The translations under genes and the position numbers were made by a program. The notes under the pieces are model-generated. The model did no database searches. It was not told the origin of the DNA and saw only the letters and a program-made list of their open reading frames with translations. This document shows positions 25,836 to 35,284 of a stretch of 54,853 nucleotides of DNA, one piece after another; positions within the stretch are counted from its first letter, which is position 1, and each line of letters begins with the position of its first letter. The DNA is taken from contig CAZTVU010000002.1 of assembly GCA_964617025.1 (NCBI GenBank), positions 1 through 54,853 of the forward strand, read 5' to 3'. Origin of the DNA: an uncultured Planctomycetales bacterium. GTDB taxonomy: Bacteria > Planctomycetota > Phycisphaerae > UBA1845 > PWPN01.

Positions 25836-27893
25836 ATGAGAAGGTCACAACGAATGCTCCTGGTGCCGGTCGTTTGCGCGGTTGCCGCGACAGCAGTCGT
25901 GGGCGCCGTTGTTTTCGACGGGATGATCGACTTCGACCCGGGCGGAGAGTGGGAGGGCCGTTTCGGGGCGTTGCAGGACAATTACACCCAGTTCGGCAAC
26001 CAGATCCTGGGTGGCTACTCCGGCTCCGAGATCGATGAGCTTTATGTGCAAACCGACGGCACGTTTCTTTACGTCGGCGTCACGGGAAACCTGGAGGAGA
26101 ACGGCAACAGCCAGATTATCCTTTTGGACGTCAGGCCCGGCGGGCAGCAGATACTCGCGACGGAGATCGCACCAATCGTGGCCGAACTGCCCTGTTCCGG
26201 CAATGGACCGCCCTACGCCGTGCAGAACCTCGGACAGGCACTCACCAACGACGCCGGTACACCGCCGCAGACCATTCGCGACGCCGCGACGACCGGTACG
26301 ATCCTGGATCCGGGCTTCGAACCGGACTACGCCATTGCGGTGGACACCTTCGGGCATGTCGTTCACGTGACGCAATACGATCTCTACGCGGTGTCGCAGG
26401 GCACATGGGACGACCCGGGTACCAATGATGGCACGCCCTGCGGACCGCCCAACGAAGCCCTCGCTTACTTCGCCACGCGGACCTATCGCGGCCAGACGGA
26501 CGTTGACAGCGGGACCGGCGTGCTGGTCAACGGCAATAACCCCAACGGATCGGAGTTCGCCTACAACAACACGGGATACAACGGAGTCACGGGCAACACG
26601 GTAGCGGCGCCTGGTTCCAGCCTGCCGGGCGACCCCCGAACACAAACCACCGGCCTTGAGGCGAAGATCGCGCTGGCGGACCTCGGCATTGCCGTGCCGC
26701 TGACGGGGGAGTTGACGATCCGAATTGCCGTCGTACTCACATCGGGCGGCGGGAGGGTCAGCAGCCAGACCTTGCCGGGAATCGGCGGCCCGAACCCGCC
26801 GGCCGACATCGGCCTACGACCGGACTTCGCGGCGATCCCCGGCAACCAGTTCGCCAGCGTGACGCGGGTCCCGACGCTCGATGCTCCGGTGATCGACGGG
26901 CTGAACATCCCGGCGGAATTCGGCGTGAGCGATCTCGTCGCCAGTCAGGACACACCGACCAGCTTTGGCGACCATCCGCAGAATCCGGACCTCAACACGG
27001 CGGGGTCGGAGCTCGACCAGTTGTTCGCCGGGAGCGATCGCAGCCTGGAGATCGCGATTACCGGCAATCTCGAACCCAACGGCAATAACCTGGTCATCTT
27101 CCTCGACACGTTGCCGGAGCAGGGCGAGGGCCTGACGAACGCGCTGGATGCCAACGCGGGGCGAATCAGCGGCCTGGCCACGGACAAGATCCCGCTCGAC
27201 GCCGACTACGCCTTAGTCATCAACAACTGGCAGGGGACCATCTATGTCGATCTAATAGATCTTATCAACAACACGTCGACGTACATCGGGGCGAACGGCA
27301 CCAATACCGGCGAAGGCATCCTGGAAAACGGCGGACCGGTCGTTGGGTGGGAGGTCGCCCTGAACAACACGAACGTGGTGGGCGTCGACGACGACGGGTT
27401 CAACGACCCAATCATTCAGCAGGCCAACGCGGCAACGGCCACGACGGGATTCGAGATCAAGATCCCGCTTTCGGCCATCGGTGCGCCCGCGGATGCATCG
27501 ACCGTCTGCCTCTTCGCCGTGATCACGGGGGGCGGGTATCTGTCCAACCAGTTTCTGCCTGCGGGGGTCGGCGGCGGCTGGTCCAACTTCGGCAATCCGC
27601 CGGTCGACCTGACCGCCTACGGCTACTCGTGTCTGCCGGTCGTCATCCACAACCCGCCGCCCTGCAACGCGCCGCCTCAGGACACGGACGGCGACGGCGA
27701 CGTCGACCTGGGCGACTTCGGCCAGTTCTCGGCGTGTTTCAACGGACCGAACCGCGCCTGGTCCGGGCCGCCTGCGGACCAGAATGTCTGCCGTTGCGTG
27801 GACGCCGACGGCGACCTGGATGTGGATCTTACTGATTTCAGCACGTTCAGCGGGTGTTTCAACGGGCCGAACCGGCCGCCGGTCTGCGGCTGA
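25836..27893 (+). CDS. Large secreted protein with an internally duplicated beta-sandwich/CBM-like domain and a C-terminal Cys-containing tandem dockerin-like module
   Basis: Signal or anchor MRRSQRMLLVPVVCAVAATAVVGAVV. Duplicated motifs are SEIDELYVQ..VGVTGNLEENGNSQIILLDV versus SELDQLFAG..IAITGNLEPNGNNLVIFLDT, and TGLEAKIALADLG versus TGFEIKIPLSAIG. The C-terminus is DTDGDGDVDLGDFGQFSACFNGPNR...DADGDLDVDLTDFSTFSGCFNGPNRPPVCG. ATG 25830 is an alternative start. Confidence 0.8.
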   Translation: MRRSQRMLLVPVVCAVAATAVVGAVVFDGMIDFDPGGEWEGRFGALQDNYTQFGNQILGGYSGSEIDELYVQTDGTFLYVGVTGNLEENGNSQIILLDVRPGGQQILATEIAPIVAELPCSGNGPPYAVQNLGQALTNDAGTPPQTIRDAATTGTILDPGFEPDYAIAVDTFGHVVHVTQYDLYAVSQGTWDDPGTNDGTPCGPPNEALAYFATRTYRGQTDVDSGTGVLVNGNNPNGSEFAYNNTGYNGVTGNTVAAPGSSLPGDPRTQTTGLEAKIALADLGIAVPLTGELTIRIAVVLTSGGGRVSSQTLPGIGGPNPPADIGLRPDFAAIPGNQFASVTRVPTLDAPVIDGLNIPAEFGVSDLVASQDTPTSFGDHPQNPDLNTAGSELDQLFAGSDRSLEIAITGNLEPNGNNLVIFLDTLPEQGEGLTNALDANAGRISGLATDKIPLDADYALVINNWQGTIYVDLIDLINNTSTYIGANGTNTGEGILENGGPVVGWEVALNNTNVVGVDDDGFNDPIIQQANAATATTGFEIKIPLSAIGAPADASTVCLFAVITGGGYLSNQFLPAGVGGGWSNFGNPPVDLTAYGYSCLPVVIHNPPPCNAPPQDTDGDGDVDLGDFGQFSACFNGPNRAWSGPPADQNVCRCVDADGDLDVDLTDFSTFSGCFNGPNRPPVCG
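27681..27890 (+). repeat. Coding tandem dockerin-like repeat module (copy set 2 of 3)
   Basis: Two D-x-D-x-D-x-D-V-D-L-x-D-F-x-x-F-x-x-C-F-N-G-P-N-R units with four conserved Cys. Confidence 0.85.
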
Positions 27894-28008
27894 CCAGCGG
27901 GCCCGGCCGCGGGATTATTGAGCGAAGCGAATCGGGTGGATCCGATTCGAAAAACCCGAAACGTAGCCCGGCTGAAGCCGTGGCGCTATTGCATCAGGAG
28001 GTCACGAA

Positions 28009-28680
28009 ATGCGAGCGATCATATTGACAGCCCTGTTTGCGACATTCGCCGCGCCCGTCTGGGGTGCGTACTACGTGGCGGGGGATTTCAACGGCTGGAA
28101 CGCCGCGGGAAACATCATGACGGACATGGGGGGCGGCGTGTGGCAGGTGGATCTGAGCAATGTCGGCGGGCGGCACGAGTTCAAGGTCACGATCGGTGAC
28201 TGGTCGCAGAGCTGGCCCGGCAGCGGAAACAGTTGGTTCTTCGGCGACGGCGCCGGCAACGTCACTCTGACGTTCAACGCCAACGACATACAGGACGGCT
28301 GGCGAGGCAACTGGGGCCGTATGGGCACCAGCACCGACCCCGGTACCTGGACCGCCGTGGGGGATTGGCAGGGCTGGAACAACGCCGGCAACGCCATGGT
28401 CGCGCAGGGCGGGGGCATCTATCGGTACGAACAGGTCTTGGCGCCCGGTTGGTACCAGTGGAAGGCGGTCGTCACCGGATCGTGGGATGCGATCGGGGAC
28501 GACTTCCGCAGCGTCAACGCAAACACCACCTGGTTCGAGGTGACCGCGGCGAATCCGATCGCGGTGTTTGAGGTGAACGCCCTGGCCGGCATCGAACGGG
28601 TCTACACGATCCCCGAGCCCGCGACACTGGGGCTGGTTGCCGTGGGCGTTTTGGGCATGGTTCGGCGCCGGGGGCGCTAA
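28009..28680 (+). CDS. PEP-CTERM-anchored protein with two starch/glycan-binding-type modules (CBM20/25/48-like pattern)
   Basis: AGGAGG lies before the ATG at 28009, with signal MRAIILTALFATFAAPVWGA. Module 1 is YYVAGDFNGWNAAGNIMTDMGGGVWQVDL...HEFKVTIGDWSQSWPG. Module 2 is WTAVGDWQGWNNAGNAMVAQGGGIYRYEQVLAPGWYQWKAVVTGSWDAIG. C-terminal IPEPATLGLVAVGVLGMVRRRGR is a PEP-CTERM. Confidence 0.8.
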   Translation: MRAIILTALFATFAAPVWGAYYVAGDFNGWNAAGNIMTDMGGGVWQVDLSNVGGRHEFKVTIGDWSQSWPGSGNSWFFGDGAGNVTLTFNANDIQDGWRGNWGRMGTSTDPGTWTAVGDWQGWNNAGNAMVAQGGGIYRYEQVLAPGWYQWKAVVTGSWDAIGDDFRSVNANTTWFEVTAANPIAVFEVNALAGIERVYTIPEPATLGLVAVGVLGMVRRRGR

Positions 28681-28718
28681 TTCGCTGCACCGCCCGTCGA
28701 CCGGCAGGCGAGCACGAA

Positions 28719-31430
28719 GTGCTCATCCGCCGGTCGATACAACGGGGATGGGCAGAGCCCCCTGGGGGCGATCCAAACCGTGCGGGGGAACCCTGCTTGC
28801 CCGCGAAGAGGTCCCCAGGTCGGTCGACGGTCTTATGCCTTGCGGCAGCCGTAGTGGTCTCCGCGCCGGCCGGCGCACAGACAACCGTCGTCACGCTCCA
28901 ATGGTTCGAGACCTCATGGCGAACCATGGAAGACCGGACGGCGGACGCGTTCATGGCCGGATACGGGCGAGTCTGGACTCCGCCGCCGAGCAAGGGAGAA
29001 AACGGGACCGCATCCATCGGGTACAACGTCTTCGACCGATTTGACCTCGGCAGCCCGACTGCACGCACTCGATACGGGACTCGGGACGAGCTTCAGGCGG
29101 TCGTCGCGGAGCAGGACAAGGCCGGGATCTCCACCTTCATCGACCTGGTTCTGAATCACAACTCGACGAGTGACGCCGGCACCCCGGGCTTCGCGGCGGC
29201 GGGCGGTTATCCCGGCTTCGTGCTGAGCTGGGGCGTTGATTCTTTCGGGGACTTCCACGACCCTGGGGAGACGGACGTCATCCGGATGCGGCTTGCCGGC
29301 CTCATCGATGTCGCCCAAGAAAAGAACTATACCTTCTACCGGCACCCGATCACCCCGGGCGATCCCCACAACATCCCGGCCGGCACCGTCCGCAACCGGC
29401 CCGATCCGAACAACCGGCAGTATTACCCCGATGCACAACTGCCGGCCAACAGCATCGGGATTCATCCGTTCAACCCCGCCGATCCGCTCGCCGGCGACCC
29501 CTACCTGGAGAACGCCACCGGACTGCTCCTGCGGCACGTGCAGTGGATGCTCGAGGTCATCGGGGTGGACGGCTTTCGCATCGACGCCGCCAAGCACATG
29601 CCCGACTGGTTCTTGCGGGACTTCTACGACCGCCAGGTCTGGCAACGCGGTCCGCGGGATCTGAGTGGGAACGCCACCACGCCCTTCAGCTTCATGGAGA
29701 TCTTCGACGGCAGCCTCGGCTGGCATTCCGGCTACGTCTGCAAGGGGGGCAACGGCAACTGCAACACCTCCGGGGGCGTGCAAGGCAATCGCGATACGCT
29801 CGACTTTCCGCTTTACTTCGCGATGGCGAGTAACCTCGGCGGCAACGGGCTGGGGTCCTGGGAAAACATCATCCACGCGAGCGTGGATGCGATTCTCGAC
29901 GGCGACGCGAATGACGGCGACTTCGGCGTGCAGTTCGTGCAGAGCCACGACCAGTACGCCCCCGGCGACGACAACCTTGCCTACGCATACATCCTCACCC
30001 GGACGGGCTCGCCGATCGTCTATTTCCAGGCGGGGGAGTTCGGCTCCGTGAGCTTCCCCAAGCCGGGGCGAGGCGACGCCCTGGGCGGTCCGTACGGCGA
30101 TCTGCTTACGCGGCTCGTGGACATCCACAACGAGTACGCCCGCTGGGGCTGGTGGGCGCGGCGCGATCCGGGCAACTCGAGCTTCGACGACGTCCTGGTT
30201 TTCGAGCGGTACAACAGTCTGCTCGTCGGTATCAACGACCGTCACGACGGCGGCTACGATCAGCGCACCGTGCAGACCGCATTCGCGGCGGGGCAGCGGC
30301 TTCGCGAACTGACCGGGAACGCGGCCGACCCGCTTGTCGACCCGAACGACGACCTCGGCGACGTCGTCACCGTCGGATCCGGCGGGTGGGTCACTCTTCG
30401 CATCCCGCGAAACCGAAACGCGCAAGGCGTGGCGCACAACCGCGGCTACGTGATGTACGGCCCCGCGAACCCGGATGGCGACCTCGTTGTCACACCCGTT
30501 GCGTCAACGATTCCCGCAGACCCGGAAGGCACGCCGAACGCCACGCGGCGACTGACCGAGATGAAGGTCATCACGGCCGACTCGTTCGAGGTCCGCCTGG
30601 AAACCGTCGATGCCGATCCGCTCGACCCCGACGAGGACGACCTTGCACTGCTCAAGATGGATGCGGGCATGGACCTCAACGGGAACGGAGCCATTGATTT
30701 CGTCGACCCGGGCTTCGTCGGGTACGGGTTCGAGGACTTCCTGACGCAGGCCGTATCGCTCGAGAGCGGCGGCGTCAACATCAGCGGGACGCCAAAGGGC
30801 CTGTACCGCCAGACGATTGACGCCACGAAGCTGTCCGAAGGGCGCCACTACCTGACGGTCATTGCCTTCCGCCGCCGCCCCGCCGGCACCCCGCCCGTCT
30901 TTGAGACCTGGCGGCAGGTGCTCTACGTCGATCGGCAGCCGGCGGCCGTCGCGAAGACGGCGCCGGGCAGCGGTGAGACCATCATCGCAACAACCTACAA
31001 GTTCAGCGTCCGGTCGACCGACGGTACGGTCAGCGCCGCGAGCTTTTTCCTCGATATGCCGCCGGGGACGGACCTCGTGTCACTCGCCCGCAGCGGACAG
31101 GGCGCGGCCGCGCAGGATGATCGCTATCTATTTGGCAGGAGCTTCACCGGCCTGATCAGCGGAAACCATCGCCTGGATGTGGTCGTTTTCGAGGAGTCCG
31201 GGCGAGCCGCCGTGTGCTCGTTCCCCGGCATCCGCGTCGTGATCGCCGGCCGGAGCGGGCTTGGTGACTTCAACGGCGACGGCCTGGTCAACAACTTCGA
31301 CATCAAGGGCTTCGCCGCCGTGCTGAATGCCAACGGTTTCGATCCGCGCGCGGATCTCAACGGCGACGGCATCGTGGATGCGACCGACCGTGCGCAGTTT
31401 GTCGCGATGCTGACGGGAGGTGGGGGATGA
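28719..31430 (+). CDS. Secreted GH13 alpha-amylase-family enzyme with a long C-terminal extension and a canonical tandem dockerin
   Basis: GH13 regions DLVLNHNS, GFRIDAAKHMP, FMEIFDG and FVQSHDQ. Signal LCLAAAVVVSAPAGAQ. The C-terminus is GDFNGDGLVNNFDIKGFAAVL...DLNGDGIVDATDRAQFVAML. The probable true start is TTG 28797 (a GGGGGAA SD-like element lies upstream); 28719 is the ORF-track GTG. Confidence 0.88.
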   Translation: MLIRRSIQRGWAEPPGGDPNRAGEPCLPAKRSPGRSTVLCLAAAVVVSAPAGAQTTVVTLQWFETSWRTMEDRTADAFMAGYGRVWTPPPSKGENGTASIGYNVFDRFDLGSPTARTRYGTRDELQAVVAEQDKAGISTFIDLVLNHNSTSDAGTPGFAAAGGYPGFVLSWGVDSFGDFHDPGETDVIRMRLAGLIDVAQEKNYTFYRHPITPGDPHNIPAGTVRNRPDPNNRQYYPDAQLPANSIGIHPFNPADPLAGDPYLENATGLLLRHVQWMLEVIGVDGFRIDAAKHMPDWFLRDFYDRQVWQRGPRDLSGNATTPFSFMEIFDGSLGWHSGYVCKGGNGNCNTSGGVQGNRDTLDFPLYFAMASNLGGNGLGSWENIIHASVDAILDGDANDGDFGVQFVQSHDQYAPGDDNLAYAYILTRTGSPIVYFQAGEFGSVSFPKPGRGDALGGPYGDLLTRLVDIHNEYARWGWWARRDPGNSSFDDVLVFERYNSLLVGINDRHDGGYDQRTVQTAFAAGQRLRELTGNAADPLVDPNDDLGDVVTVGSGGWVTLRIPRNRNAQGVAHNRGYVMYGPANPDGDLVVTPVASTIPADPEGTPNATRRLTEMKVITADSFEVRLETVDADPLDPDEDDLALLKMDAGMDLNGNGAIDFVDPGFVGYGFEDFLTQAVSLESGGVNISGTPKGLYRQTIDATKLSEGRHYLTVIAFRRRPAGTPPVFETWRQVLYVDRQPAAVAKTAPGSGETIIATTYKFSVRSTDGTVSAASFFLDMPPGTDLVSLARSGQGAAAQDDRYLFGRSFTGLISGNHRLDVVVFEESGRAAVCSFPGIRVVIAGRSGLGDFNGDGLVNNFDIKGFAAVLNANGFDPRADLNGDGIVDATDRAQFVAMLTGGGG
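31266..31427 (+). repeat. Canonical (Cys-free) type-I-like dockerin duplicated F-hand at the amylase C-terminus
   Basis: DFNGDGLVNNFD...DLNGDGIVDATD are two 12-residue Ca-loop motifs, each followed by a helix. Confidence 0.75.
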
Positions 31431-32281
31431 CGCGGTCACTTCCGCTTCGCGTTTCGCGGTTTGCACGGCTGGTTCATGTCGTGGCCGTCGCGATGTTTGC
31501 CGGCACGGGTACGGCGACCGCACAGAACTGTATCTGGCTGAATCAGAACCCGGATGACGGCGGACTGTTCGCGACGAAGAACCCTGCGCCGGGCGTCGTC
31601 GTCGGGCATTCGACCGAGCTGTATATCTGGATCAGCAAGAACACGGCGATCGCCGGCTACGACGGAATCAGCCTGGACGTCCACGTGGAGAGCCCGGACG
31701 GCGGTCAAGTGGACACGGAAATCGCCGTCGACAACGAAGGCGCCCGCTGGGACGCGGTGTACGGCGGCACTCCGCTGCCGGGCACCGGCGGGACCGGCAT
31801 CGACAACGCCAACGCCATCGACCTGACAAACACCGACACCACCGGGACCGATCCGTTCCGGTTCGCTCGGCTCACGTTCACCGGCCGGCAGGTCGGGACG
31901 GTCCGCGTCTTCCTCGGGATCGGCGACAAGGGCGTTGCGGACAACGGGACGGTCCCTTCGTTTTACATCGGTATGATCGCAGAGGGCACTACGCCGGAGT
32001 CGCCCGCCGTGTCCGGTGGCAACTACGGCGCGACGTCGAGCATTCCTGAGGCCGTCATCACCGTGTTGTCGGGCCCGGTAGGGGACTACGATGACGATTC
32101 GGATGTGGACCTGGCGGACTTCGCCGTCTTCGGCTCGTGTTTCAACGGCCCCAACCGCCTGCCGGCGCAGCCCGGGTGCGCAGGCGTGGACGCGGACGGC
32201 GACAGCGACGTGGACCTCACAGACTTCGCGCAGTTCCAAGCCTGTTTCAACGGTCCGAACCGCAAGCCGGCGTGCGGCTGA
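31427..32281 (+). CDS. Secreted protein with a cohesin-like N-terminal beta-sandwich (hypothesis) and a C-terminal Cys-containing tandem dockerin-like module
   Basis: The ATG at 31427 overlaps the amylase TGA (ATGA). Signal RFARLVHVVAVAMFAGTGTATAQ. The body (ELYIWISKNTAIAGYDGISLDVHVES...DPFRFARLTFTGRQVGTVRVFLGIGDKGVADNG) resembles cohesin strand patterning. The C-terminus is DYDDDSDVDLADFAVFGSCFNGPNR...DADGDSDVDLTDFAQFQACFNGPNRKPACG. Confidence 0.8.
   Translation: MTRSLPLRVSRFARLVHVVAVAMFAGTGTATAQNCIWLNQNPDDGGLFATKNPAPGVVVGHSTELYIWISKNTAIAGYDGISLDVHVESPDGGQVDTEIAVDNEGARWDAVYGGTPLPGTGGTGIDNANAIDLTNTDTTGTDPFRFARLTFTGRQVGTVRVFLGIGDKGVADNGTVPSFYIGMIAEGTTPESPAVSGGNYGATSSIPEAVITVLSGPVGDYDDDSDVDLADFAVFGSCFNGPNRLPAQPGCAGVDADGDSDVDLTDFAQFQACFNGPNRKPACG
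32081..32278 (+). repeat. Coding tandem dockerin-like repeat module (copy set 3 of 3)
   Basis: Same two-unit CFNGPN module as at 5045-5251 and 27681-27890. Confidence 0.85.
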
Positions 32282-32516
32282 CGGCACGCACGGCGATCCG
32301 CTCGGCATGGGCGGCGCTGTCCGGCGACGATAGGGGGTCCGTGTGCCGTGGACGACCGGCCGCTCCGGTTTCTTCCATTATCGTGAAAGGGCGAATCCGC
32401 CGGGGTGTGCCCTGCGAGGGGAGTGAAGGGGCAATACGAACGTTGAAGATGGGAGGGGCCTCGCACGGATGTCCTGGCGCAAACCGATGCGCGGGCGCCA
32501 AGACACGGCCACAAGA

Positions 32517-32552
32517 AAAGCACCGAGTGCGGTATTGATCACTCGGTGCTTT
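32517..32552. terminator. Bidirectional Rho-independent terminator between the convergent 31427 gene and nrdJ
   Basis: A perfect 11-bp stem AGCACCGAGTG/CACTCGGTGCT (32519-32529 / 32540-32550) with a 10-nt loop. It is flanked by AAAA 5' and TTT 3', so each strand reads hairpin plus U-tract. Confidence 0.7.
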
Positions 32553-32605
32553 CCGGAGGGGAAAGAAGCCGGTAGCGATCACGCCTCCGGTTATGAATCA
32601 GGCCT

Positions 32606-35284
32606 TCAGCAGGCGGCGTACCCGCAGTGAACGCAGGTGCGGCACCCTTCCGCAAGATGCAGGGTCTGGCCGCAATCGGGGCATTTCACCTTGAAGGCGT
32701 TTGCGCGCAAGGAAGCGTCCGCGTCCCCGGTCGGCACGGACGATCCGCTTTGGGAGATAGTAATGGCTGCCTTGGCGTGGCGCACTTCCAAGTGGCGGCC
32801 GTTTCCACCGCTGCGACTGCCCCCGTTTCCGTTGCCGTTCCTTCTCCCGGGGACAACGGACGATGAACAGGCATGGGTCGTGCCCGAGTACGGCGGGCGA
32901 TCGAGCTGTGACAGATCGACTTCACCCAACAGCAGGTCATGCAGGCCGAACAGCTCCTTGGCCCGCTGGTATTTCATCAGGGCCCTCGCCAGGCCGTCGC
33001 CGAGGCTCATGATCCGGCCGTCCTTGGTGGGCGTCTGGAGGCTGGATCCGATATCCTTAAGCTGCTGGATCACATGAACCAAGCGGCCGCCGGAGCGCAG
33101 CCAGAGCGAGATCAGGCGGCACATGGCCTCGAGATCGCTGCCGGCCACGTCGCCGCCCTTGCCGAGCTGGGCGAAGACCTCGAGTTCCCGCTCGCTCTTG
33201 GGATCGACGGTGATCTTCACGTGCATGTTGCCGAACGGCGTAAGCTGCCGAATGCGGAAGCCGCTGACGATCTCCGGCAGGTCCCGCGGTTCGAGCTCGG
33301 GGATGTCGGCCGCCGGGATGTCGGATGGTTCTTTGCGTTCCGCCTCGTGCTTCTTGTCGGAGTCGGCAAGCGCCATGGGTTGGCCGGCACGGCAGCCGTC
33401 CCGGTAGACGGTGATGCCTTTGCAGCGGAGTTCGTACGCCATCCGGTATATCGTGTCGACGTCGTCGACGGTGGCGTGGTTCGGAAAGTTGATCGTCTTC
33501 GAGATCGAGGCGTCGCAGTGCTTCTGGAATGCGGCCTGCATGCGAACGTGCCACTCCGGCGAGACATCGTGAGCGCACACGAAGACGCGCTTGACGTCCT
33601 CCGGAACTTCGTCAATAGCAGCGAGGGTGCCCTCCGTGGCAATCCGTTCCATGAGGCCCTCGCTGTAAAAACCTCTCGTCTTCGCCACATGTTCGAAGAC
33701 GTCATTGATCTCGACCATCGGGGTCTTGCCTTCGTCCTGCCCCTTGAGCACGTTGCGGAAGAACGCGAGGCTGAAAAGGGGTTCGATGCCGGCCGAGCAG
33801 TTGGCCAGGATGCTGATCGTCCCGGTGGGTGCTACGGTCGTCACGGCGGCGTTGCGCATCGGGCGGCGTTGCACCGTGTCCCAGGTGCTTCCCTTCCAGT
33901 TCGGGAAGCAGCCTCGCTCGATGGCAAGCTGCTCGCTGGCATCATGTGCCGTGTCGTTGACGAAGCGCATGAACCGCTCGGCCCATTCGAGGCCCTCGTC
34001 ATCACAGTAACGGACGTTCAGCTTGAACAGGGCATCGGCAAAGCCCATGACGCCCAGGCCGATCTTGCGGTTCGCATGGCAGACCTGCGAGATCTCGGGC
34101 AGCGGGTAGTTGTTGGCGTCGATGACGTTGTCCAGGAAGCGGACGCTGACTCGCACCGTGTTTCGCAGAGACTCCCAGTCGACTCTCGCGTTGTCCGAGC
34201 ACGGGTCCGTCACGAAACGGCCGAGATTGATGCTGCCCAGATTGCACGCCTCGTAGGGCAGCAACGGTTGCTCGCCGCACGGATTGGTGGCTTCGATACG
34301 CCCTACGTGGGGCGTCGGGTTGAACTCGTTGATCCGGTCGATGAAGACCACGCCGGGCTCGCCCGTCTGCCAGGCGTGACGGACGATGATCTCCCAGATG
34401 TCTCGCTTGGTGTACACCGCGACCGGTGACCCGTTCACCTCGACTCGGACCGCGCCATCCTGACGAGTCAGCGGCTGCGGGTCACTGGTCACGGGAATCA
34501 ATGACCGAATGTCGTACTTCTGGATGTCCACGTCGCGGGGGATGTAGAACTCCTGCTGGTTTCGCGGATTGCGCACCCGGTGGGGCGAATCGGGGTCGGT
34601 CCGGAACGACTCCATCCACTCGTCCGTGATCTTGACCGAGATGTTGTAGTTCGTGAACTGGGTGAGATCCTGCTTGGCGTAGAGGAACTTGAGGATGTCC
34701 GGGTGATGGACGTACATCATGCCCATATTCGCCCCGCGGCGGAACGCACCCTGCTGAATCGCGTTCGTCGCCTCGCTGAAGGCCCGCCAGAAGCTGATCG
34801 GCCCGCTGGTCGTGCCGCCGCTGCTGCGGATGTAGTCCCCGGTCGGGCGCAACTCGTCGAACGCGAACCCCGTGCCGCCGCCGGCCTTCTGAATGAGCGC
34901 CGTGTTCTTGATGGAGTCGAAGATGTCGTTGATGCTGTCCTTGACCGGCAGGACGAAACAGGCGCTAAGCATGCCCATCTCGCGCCCGGCGTTCATCAGC
35001 GTCGGGCTGTTGGGCATGAATCGCCCGCTGACCATCAGATCGTAGAACTCATCCTCCCAATACTGTCGGTGTTGCGCATCGGCCCCGTAGTTCGTTTCGA
35101 TGTTCGCGATGGTTGCGGCCACGCGCCGGAAGAGATCCTCGGGCTTCTCAGTGGGACGGCCCTGCTCGTCTTTCTTGAGGTAGCGGGCCCGGAGGACGCG
35201 CAGCGCATTGGGCGTCCAGGTGCCGAAGGCGCCTTCCTTGGCGGTTCGGGTTTCAGCACGTCGATCCGTGACGATGGCTGACAT
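32606..35284 (-). CDS. nrdJ: Class II (adenosylcobalamin-dependent) ribonucleotide reductase
   Basis: Motifs RFMPNSPTLMNAG, NPCGEQPLLPYEACNLGSINL and TVAPTGTISILANCSAGIEP. C-terminal Zn-ribbon CPDCGQTLHLAEGCRTCVHCGYAAC. The ATG at 35284 is 9 nt after AAGGAG; the track GTG at 35290 is too close to the SD. Confidence 0.92.
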   Translation of the reverse strand: MSAIVTDRRAETRTAKEGAFGTWTPNALRVLRARYLKKDEQGRPTEKPEDLFRRVAATIANIETNYGADAQHRQYWEDEFYDLMVSGRFMPNSPTLMNAGREMGMLSACFVLPVKDSINDIFDSIKNTALIQKAGGGTGFAFDELRPTGDYIRSSGGTTSGPISFWRAFSEATNAIQQGAFRRGANMGMMYVHHPDILKFLYAKQDLTQFTNYNISVKITDEWMESFRTDPDSPHRVRNPRNQQEFYIPRDVDIQKYDIRSLIPVTSDPQPLTRQDGAVRVEVNGSPVAVYTKRDIWEIIVRHAWQTGEPGVVFIDRINEFNPTPHVGRIEATNPCGEQPLLPYEACNLGSINLGRFVTDPCSDNARVDWESLRNTVRVSVRFLDNVIDANNYPLPEISQVCHANRKIGLGVMGFADALFKLNVRYCDDEGLEWAERFMRFVNDTAHDASEQLAIERGCFPNWKGSTWDTVQRRPMRNAAVTTVAPTGTISILANCSAGIEPLFSLAFFRNVLKGQDEGKTPMVEINDVFEHVAKTRGFYSEGLMERIATEGTLAAIDEVPEDVKRVFVCAHDVSPEWHVRMQAAFQKHCDASISKTINFPNHATVDDVDTIYRMAYELRCKGITVYRDGCRAGQPMALADSDKKHEAERKEPSDIPAADIPELEPRDLPEIVSGFRIRQLTPFGNMHVKITVDPKSERELEVFAQLGKGGDVAGSDLEAMCRLISLWLRSGGRLVHVIQQLKDIGSSLQTPTKDGRIMSLGDGLARALMKYQRAKELFGLHDLLLGEVDLSQLDRPPYSGTTHACSSSVVPGRRNGNGNGGSRSGGNGRHLEVRHAKAAITISQSGSSVPTGDADASLRANAFKVKCPDCGQTLHLAEGCRTCVHCGYAAC

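Noticed and set aside
27928-27949. 8-bp-stem hairpin CGAATCGG-6 nt-CCGATTCG between the 25836 and 28009 genes, considered as a terminator
   Set aside because: It is followed by an A-run rather than a T-run on the sense strand, and on the antisense strand the T-run precedes the stem. It does not fit an intrinsic terminator on either strand.
25349-32552. Possible tRNA-Glu-targeted genomic island (tRNA followed by an accessory CAZyme locus)
   Set aside because: There is no integrase, transposase or recombinase. I found no direct repeat of the tRNA 3' end downstream, and no obvious compositional break. Adjacency to the tRNA is probably incidental.
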